Source of the DNA: Eledone cirrhosa
Lineage: Eukaryota
DNA: 64,000 nucleotides
Assembly (NCBI GenBank): GCA_964016885.1
Contig: OZ024741.1
Span: forward strand, 271,870,001 to 271,934,000
Reading direction: 5' to 3'
Both the position numbers and the translations under genes were made by a program. This document shows, piece after piece, positions 55,757-64,000 of the stretch. Below the pieces are notes generated by a model that saw only the letters and a list, made by a program, of their open reading frames with translations, did no database searches and was not told the DNA's origin. Within the stretch, counting starts at the first letter, position 1, and every line of letters begins with the position of its first letter.

Positions 55757-56330
55757 TAGGGAGAAATTAGGAATAAGAAGGATCAGATGTTGTTTACTCG
55801 AGAAGACTACGTTGGTACGGTCACGTGATGCGCATGAAAGACGACAGCTGTATAAAAAAGTGCAGGGCGATAAAAATAGAAGGTAGCCACGGAGTAGGAA
55901 GACCCAGAAAAACCTGGGGCGACTTGATAAATTCCGACCTCACACACTTACACCTCTCCAAGACAATGTCACTGGACCGAGAGCTTTGGCGCTACACAGT
56001 GATACAGAAGACCCGCCTTGCCTAAGTACAAAGTGAAACCTACTACAGTCAGTAGGCACCTCTAACAAAATACACCCCCGTCCCACCACCCACACCCCCC
56101 ATCCAGACCACCCCCTCCTATGTAAAGTTATGTTGGTGCCACAACATCCAGTTCGAAACAAATGAGGTCGTGTAGGTGCCACGACAAAAAAACACACAGT
56201 CCACACTGTCATGTGGCCGTGTAGGTAACACGGTAAAAACCTCGCAGTCCACACTGTAAACGTGGTTGGTGTTAGGAAGGGCATCCAGCCGTAGAAAACC
56301 CGCCAGACAGTCCTATACGAGCAGGACAAC
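55757..56330 (+). mobile_element. RTE family A, copy H: 3' fragment lacking the terminal stem-loop and tail
   Basis: REKLGIRRIRCC..MMRMKDDSC..KTRLA*; the 3'UTR stops at gagcaggacaac. Confidence 0.92.
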
Positions 56331-56565
56331 AAATATTGTATGTATATATGTATATATATTGTATGTATATATGTATATATATTGTATGTATATATGTATA
56401 TATATTGTATGTATATATGTATATATATTGTATGTATATATGTATATATATTGTATGTATATATGTATATATATTGTATGTATATATGTATATATATTGT
56501 ATGTACATATGTATGTATATATGTATGTATATATGTATGTATATATATATGTATATATATATATG

Positions 56566-56597
<32 letters not shown>

Positions 56598-56894
56598 TAT
56601 GTATGTATATATATATGTATATATATATATTATATATATATGTGTATATATATTATATATATATATGTGTATATATATTATATATATATTGTATGTATAT
56701 ATGTATATATATTGTATGTATATATATATGTATATATATATATATATTATATATGTGTATATATATTATATATATATATTGTATGTATATATGTATGTAT
56801 GTATATATGTATGTATGTATGTATATATGTATGTATGTATATATATATGTATTATATATATATGTATATATATATATTATATATATATATATGT
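56331..56894. repeat. (TA)n array with a TATTGTATG unit
   Basis: Direct inspection. Confidence 0.95.
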
Positions 56895-57820
56895 ATAAAA
56901 TTAGCAGTGGGGGAGGGTGCTCTGAAAGTACAGTAGCTAGAGTCAGAACTGGGTGGAAAAAGTTCAGAGAGCTTATACCACTATTAGCCGCTAAAGGGTT
57001 CTCCCTAAAAATGAAAGGCAGGTTGTACGATGCCTGCATACGAACAGCAATGTTGCATGGCAGTGAGACCTGGGCATTGTGTGCAGAGGATATATGCAGA
57101 CTAGAAAGAAACGAAGCTTGCATGCTCCGCTGGATGTGTAATAGTAATATACGTGAACGACAAAGCATAAACGAACTAAGGAAAAAATTAGAAATAAGAG
57201 GGATCAGATGTTGTTTACTCGAGAGAAGGCTACGTTGGTATGGTTACGTGATGCGCATGAAAGACGACAGCTGTATAAAAAAGTGCATGGCGATAAAAAT
57301 AGACGGTAGCCACGGAGTAGGAAGACCCAGAAAAACCTGGGGCGACTTGATAAATTCCGACCTCACACACTTACACCTCTCCAAGACAATGTCACTGGAC
57401 CGAGAGCTTTGGCGCTACACAGTAATAGAGAAGACCCGCCTTACCTAAATACAAAGTAAAACCTGCTACAGTCAGTAGGCATCTCTAACAAAATACACCC
57501 CCACCCCATCCACACCGCCCCCTTCTATGTAAAGTTATGTTGGTGCCACAACATCCAGGCCGAAACAAATGAGATCGTGTAGGTGTCACGACAAAAAAAA
57601 CACACAGTCCACGCTGTAATGTGGCCGTGTAGGCAACACGGTAAAAACCTCCCAGACCCACACTGTAAATGTGGTTGGTGTTAGGAAGGGCATCCAACTG
57701 TAGAAAACCTGCCAGACAGTCCTATGCGAGCAAGACAATCACTCTTGCCTCAAGTGGGAAAACCCCCGTCCAAACCCATGCACGCGTGGAACACGGACGT
57801 TAAACGTTGATGATGATGAT
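56895..57820 (+). mobile_element. RTE family A, copy I: 3' fragment with complete end
   Basis: KISSGGGCSES..EKTRLT*, 3'UTR, gttgatgatgatgat. Confidence 0.95.
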
Positions 57821-58174
57821 ATTATATATATATATTGTATGTATATATATATGTATGTATATATATATGTATACATATATTGTATGTATACATATATTGT
57901 ATGTATGTATATAGATATTGTATGTATATATATATTGTATGTATATATATATTGTATGTATATATATATTGTATGTATATATATATTGTATGTATGTATA
58001 TATATATGTATGTATATATATATTGTATGTATATATATATTGTATGTATATATATATTGTATGTATGTATATATATATTGTATGTATATATATATTGTAT
58101 GTATATATATATTGTATGTATATATGTATGTATATTATATATATATATATATTGTTTGTATGTATATATGTTTG

Positions 58175-58216
<42 letters not shown>

Positions 58217-58218
58217 TG

Positions 58219-58258
<40 letters not shown>

Positions 58259-58297
58259 ATATATATATATATATATGTATGTACATACATATATATG
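57821..58297. repeat. (TA)n array with a TATTGTATG unit
   Basis: Direct inspection. Confidence 0.95.
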
Positions 58298-58334
58298 TGG
58301 TTTGTAGCTGGTGGTGGTAGAGGAGGGGGGGCTG

Positions 58335-58665
58335 TCTGGATGCCCTTGTCCATTTTATTGTTAGGGAGTAGCCTTAAGAATTCAACTTCCTCCTGCGACA
58401 ACCTGGTGTAGTCTGTGACTAATCCAGGCTCTCCTACACTTTGGGCCGAGGAGGGTAAACTCTCCAACAGGGTTGCAGTTGAGCCTGTAGCTAGTTGGTG
58501 GGTGTTTAGATGCCCTTGTCCATTTTATTGTTAAGGAGTGGCCTTAAGTATTGAACTATAATTTAACCTCAAGATGTAGTGGGTCTGTCAAGATGCCCTT
58601 GTCCATTATATTGTTAGTGAGTGGCCTTAAGTATTCAACCGTAATTTAACCGGTGGGTCTAGATG
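58335..58665. repeat. Three copies of a ~48-bp direct repeat with unequal spacers
   Basis: gatgcccttgtccattttattgtta..gagt(a/g)gccttaag at ~58339, 58509 and 58592. Confidence 0.85.
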
Positions 58666-59538
58666 CTCACTGTGGCTGAGAGGAATATAATAATAAACTT
58701 AATTAGGCGTCAAGAGTATTTTTTTATCTAGTTTCTTTGACAGTGTTTACCTGAAAATTATTCTACTCTCTGGCAACATTGTCTGCTTGAACCTTTGGTT
58801 CTTCAGTGTAAAAGAGGTGGAGTATTTTAGTTCAGCATAGGCTGTTTTATTACAGATAAATGTAAATGTTTTATTGTGGTATGTTAAATTGATGTGTGAT
58901 AATGTTTGATTTATCAGTGTAACTAGTAAATGTTAATTTGAAGTGATCCCATGCCTATTTCCTGTGTAGTGAGTTCAAATTGCATAGATGGATGTATCCT
59001 GGATATTTATAACAATATTAACCTTCTGGACACTCCAGGTACATTGTCACCAATAGAGTAATCTCCCCTTAATACATAATGCAGTGTCAAGGGAAGCAAC
59101 TCATAAACATTTCTAGCATGTTGAAGGTTAAACTATGTATATATATATATATATATATAAATAAAATGCAATAACCTATATATATGTGTGTGTGTGTATA
59201 TATTCGGAATTTATATATATAAATTCGGCTTGCTGCCGGAATTTATATATATAAATTCGGCTTGCTGCTGCAGTCGGGATTTTACATATCTCTATACCCA
59301 CTCAGCATCTCCCCATGCATTGAGAACTCCCATGATTATAGTCTCCCTGCTCTCACCACTGTAGACTCTCTCTAAAGAATTTCGTTTTTAAATATAAAAA
59401 CTGGAAAGAAGTAGGTGGAGAAGTTAAAATAGCTCAAAATACGGTAATTTATTATAATAAATAGTACATAAGGATATGTACCATACTTTCTTTAAAAAAT
59501 TTCAAACAAGCATGTGTACAAAATCCTATATATATGAG

Positions 59539-59570
<32 letters not shown>

Positions 59571-60585
59571 AAAAAAAGTTTTATATGTTTTTGTTTTTAT
59601 TTTTTATGGGTTGTGGTTGCCTTGTTGAGATTGTTGAAATATGTTTTCTGGTTGTTACATGACCCAATTGGGAACTGATTGCATCATCATCATCATCGTT
59701 TTAACGTCTGCTTTCCCTGCTAGCAAAGGAATAATACAGTAATACTATACTAATAATAATGCAGTAATACTATATATATATATATGTTGCAATATATTGT
59801 GTTCAGGTTAAACGGTGTTGTCCATATTTGTTTGTAGTCTTTTGGATATGTGTTGCGAGAAAGCAGGTTGGGTTCAGTATATAAAATTTCATATATCAAA
59901 TAGGATGAAATGGTATGCTTAATATTTAGGGAGATTATTTTGTTGGGGTTTAGACAAGTTTACTACTCTAGCTGGTAGATTCCCTCTACCTAGAGAAGGT
60001 TTTTGTGACCAGGGGAGATGGTTTATAAAGTAATGCCTGGAGTTTATTATGTCCTTACTTGTCATACCCTGCTTATCACCAACCATATATATATAATTAA
60101 CATTCTAAAGTGTTAATCCTTTTGTGAATCATAAAAATCTTAGGAGATCATACTGATGCCTAGTTTCAAGTGCTGGTCTCTTACTGGTAGTGTTTTTCAT
60201 GTGTGGAATTGAGCAGTAGGTCTATTAATCACACATCATTTCTATAGTACTGCTACTGCTTCCAGATGTAAGTTATATGACTACAGTAACTACTTAGAGC
60301 CAGTGCAAAGGGTAAGACAAGCTTTTATAACATGTTTGAGGCACATTGGTTGTATGGTTAAAATGCATAACCCTTGTTTTCTGGTTGACAATGGCTAGCA
60401 ACAGGAACAGTATGGTATCTGAACAAAAGAGTGGTAACAGCAGCAGCAGCATGCATTTTAAGGCCATTTTCCTTGCAGATCCCATGAAAGGCTTCATAGT
60501 CATTTTGGAGGCCCATTTACAGCTTGATGCCCTTCCTAGCAACATCACAACTTGCAGTGGTATGGTATTTTAAACCTGATACATG

Positions 60586-61268
60586 TGTGTAAACTAGTTA
60601 TATGCATATATGAACAATGTGTAAACTAGTTATATACATATATGAACAATGTGTAAACTAGATATATGCATACATGAACAATGTGTAAACTAGTTATATG
60701 CATATATGAACAATGTGTAAACTAGATATATGCATACATGAACAATGTGTAAACTAGTTATATACATATATGAACAATGTGTAAACTAGTTATATACATA
60801 TATGAACAATGTGTAAACTAGTTATATACATATATGAACAATGTGTAAACTAGATATATGCATACATGAACAATGTGTAAACTAGTTATTTGCATATATG
60901 AACAATGTGTAAACTAGATATATGCATACATGAACAATGTGTAAACTAGTTATATACATATATGAACAATGTGTAAACTAGTTATATACATATATGAACA
61001 ATGTGTAAACTAGTTATATACATATATGAACAATGTGTAAACTAGTTATATGCATATATGAACAATGTGTAAACTAGATATATGCATACATGAACAATGT
61101 GTAAACTAGATATATACATATATGAACAATGTGTAAACTAGTTATATACATATATGAACAATGTGTAAACTAGTTATATACATATATGAACAATGTGTAA
61201 ACTAGATATATACATATATGAACAATGTGTAAACTGGTTATATACATATATGAACAATGTGTAAACTG
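60586..61268. repeat. 32-bp minisatellite, ~21 copies
   Basis: Unit tgtgtaaactag(t/a)tatat(g/a)cata(t/c)atgaacaa; exact 32-bp period from 60591 to 61263. Confidence 0.97.
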
Positions 61269-61675
61269 GATACACATGGACAAAAGGATATAAAAGAAAA
61301 ATTCACATCTTTGTAAAACATTGTTACCTGTTCTTTTGATTGGAATTCCTTTTAGGTTGAAATTCTCAACATTTTGTTTGAAATTCTCAACATTTTTTAT
61401 TGTTTTATTTTCTTAAATTACCCCTGATATTATTTTCTTCCCATCTACTCTTTCCTTTCCCTTTTGGTACTATAACTCTCGACAGTTCACCTGGACATTC
61501 ATCATCGACTATTGACAGACTGCATATTTTCAGAAATAAGCTCACCTTTTGTTCTACATTTATATTGAGCGCTTTCAGTACCAAACCACCTAAAACTACT
61601 TCTATTCTATGACACTAAACTTTGTTTTAATGTGTCATATTCATTGTAGCAGCTGCTGGCAACTTCATTGTGAAT

Positions 61676-62002
61676 GCACATGGCTTAGTGGTTAAAGCGT
61701 TGAATTTGCAATCATGAGGTTGTGAGCTTGATTCCAGGATCAGGTGATGTGTTGTGTTCTTCAGCAAGACACTTTATTTCATGTTATCTCAGTTCACTCA
61801 GCTGTAGAAAGGAGTTGTAATGTCACTTGTGCCAAGTTGTATTGGCCTTTGGACAACATTGATGGTATGGAGAAGGGAGACTGGTATGTATGGAAAACTG
61901 CAGGTCTCCCACAAAAATACCTTGCCTGGACTTGTGCCTCAGAGGGGGACTTTCTAGGTGCAAATCCCACGATCATTCATGATGAAAAGGGGTCTTTACC
62001 TT
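61676..62002 (+). mobile_element. tRNA-CORE SINE with a third type of tail
   Basis: Head and CORE as in 55241; diverges after cagctgtagaaa; ends ggggtctttacc. Confidence 0.82.
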
Positions 62003-62229
62003 TTTTTAAATTTATTTATCTAAAACCTCTCATAATGTAAACTTTGTTACATTGTTCCAAACACCAGCTTAATAACAAAGAAGTTATATTACTAAATCCC
62101 TCCTAATTGTTGATTATTTGAAAATTACTGGCAGTATTTTTCATTTGAAATATGGTAATGAAAGGGATTAATACTTTTTTATAGGCATGTAATGGGATGC
62201 ATTTTTGAAGAAATTACTGTATCCGATAC

Positions 62230-62400
62230 AATGTAAATGTGGTTGGTGTTTAGGAAGGGCAACCAGCCATAAAAAGCAAGCCAAACACAGCTCCTATAAG
62301 CAAGACATGGCCAACTGGTCAGACTTGTCTCATAATGTGACAAACCATCTAACCCATGCACATGTGGAAAATGGATGTTAAATGTTAGATGATTATGATG
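62230..62400 (+). mobile_element. RTE-tailed SINE 3' fragment
   Basis: gtggttggtgtttaggaagggc..aacccatgcacatgtggaaaatggatgttaaa..gatg. Confidence 0.75.
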
Positions 62401-63810
62401 TAGGAAAGAACATTATGAAACTCCTTTCCTATCTGTTGGAGTTAAAATTGAACATCAACCATATAAATTCTACTAGAACTATTCCTAGTTTACAGTATAT
62501 GAAGGTTTGCCTCTGAATGGTAACTCTTAACATCCTGTACCACATAAAATCACATTAGCTAGAATGTCTTGTGACTTAGTGCTTTGCAACCAATACCTTG
62601 TGATGAACATTGGTAGAGTGAAACTCTAGGAGCCTGTTATCTATGTGTTCTTTGCCTGTGTTGTTTACTGTTTGTTTATGTCCTGTAACTTACCAGTTTG
62701 ACAAAAAGTCGATAAAATTTCCACCAAGCTTTAAAAAATAAGTACAGGAATTATGATCGACTAAATCCCTTCAAGATAGTACCTCAACATAGCTACAGTC
62801 TGAAACAAATAAGAGTAAAAGAATATCTATGCAAGCCTGGGGGAAAACGAAAAACAACATAAACACTATAATAGTTTACATTCTAATTTAGAACCTTTAT
62901 TATAACTGTAGAACTTCAAAGCTCTCAATCAATTTAACTCTCTTGTGGTTTAGTGTATTCCAGCCTAGCAAGTAGAAATACAGGTTGTGTTATTAAAACA
63001 CCCAGCCTAATGTAATATTAGTGAATGTAGGTCAGCTGAAGACAACTAAACTGGAAGTTAAACTGATAGAAATATTGTGTAGTAGAAGACAAATATATTT
63101 AAAATAAGAATGACTTTTACAGGACTAGTACTGTTTCATTCTGTTATGAATTCATCAGGAAAAACAAATAAATGAAACACGAGAAAAATATTTATGATGG
63201 CAAGATATCATCACTATTTAATGTCCAATTTTCCACCTTAACACTGGTTAGAGTTGTCCTGTTTAGGGAAATAATTCCCAATATGGGGTGCATCCCCCAC
63301 AGGGGAACAATTTGAATATTTAAGTGGAACAATTTGAAATGAGAACAAACTACAGGTTTTACATCAAGGCAATTTTGGTACACATTACTGTTAGAAACTC
63401 AATCTCACTTCCTCCACACTTTATTGTGCATCTGGCACCACTTATATGCCAATTTGTTTATACTTTCAGTTGATCATTGCTGTTTTCTTATCAAGGATGG
63501 GGGGGATAACAGTTTTTAATATGTTGAGATGGGGGGCATTGGCACAAAAGGTTGGGAAACCACTGGCTTAGGTTGTAGGTTTTCAGGATTTTAGACCTTT
63601 ATTTAATGCAACTGAGGGAACAGATAATAAATCTAATTTCCTTCTCTACTCCGTATATGTGTTGTCTTCTGCCTATGGAGCAAATTTGGTTTGGCTCCTG
63701 GCAAAAATAATTCATAAACTTCTTTCAGTTGTCTATTAGAGTTTTCTCACTAACATCCTTGAAAAATGCATGAATGTTACACAATCTCATATACATCTTT
63801 GGCTTTGTAT

Positions 63811-64000
63811 ATCATCATCATCATCATTTTACATCTGCTTTCCATGCTAGCATGGGTTGGACATGCCATCATAGTTTGAATAAATTCTTATTCAAGATTA
63901 CTGCCTTCCAAAATGTGTTGGGGACGAAGCCTCTCTCATATGTCCCATTTTTTTTGGCATGGTTTCTACAGCTGTATGCCTTTCCTAACACCAACCACTT
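63811..64000 (-). mobile_element. RTE-tailed SINE 3' part running off the window end
   Basis: (ATC)n, ttccatgctagcatgggtt, ggtttctacagctg..ttcctaacaccaaccac. Confidence 0.75.

Noticed and set aside
58335-58665. CRISPR-like repeat-spacer pattern
   Set aside because: Only three degenerate repeats with very unequal, partly homologous spacers.
60294-60573. ORFs 60346..60573 and 60294..60548 as the missing p24 exon
   Set aside because: No similarity to the p24 C-terminus; they include a SINE-derived gatgcccttcct motif.
60586-61268. CRISPR-like array (32-bp period)
   Set aside because: Units are contiguous with no unique spacers; no cas genes; eukaryotic context.

Overview
Eukaryotic, AT-rich, repeat-saturated genomic DNA. 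The SINE/RTE repertoire and (TA/TATG)n abundance suggest an octopus or other coleoid cephalopod (inference). Only one host coding segment is supported: a 249-bp phase 0/0 internal exon of a p24-gamma cargo receptor gene (TMED7/TMED3-like, + strand, 6205-6453). No other exon was recognised, so most of the window is probably intron. The rest is a nest of non-LTR retroelements. Family A is an RTE with a PHD-type finger after the RT core: one near-complete minus-strand copy plus six truncated copies. Family J is an RTE with almost no 3'UTR. Family D is an RTE with C-terminal C2H2 fingers. There is also a CR1-like fragment, several tRNA/CORE-type SINEs, hairpin MITE-like elements and multi-kb (TA)n arrays interrupted almost only by G on the + strand. 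All giant Y/I/M/V/C-rich ORFs are microsatellite artefacts. Best leads: inverted RTE copies bracketing a stop-free 3n exon (circRNA/ADAR architecture), RTE/SINE ends that coincide with TA arrays, with one junction motif amplified into the array, strand-polarised A>G interruptions, a 168-bp near-perfect foldback, and two RTE copies sharing a frameshift.
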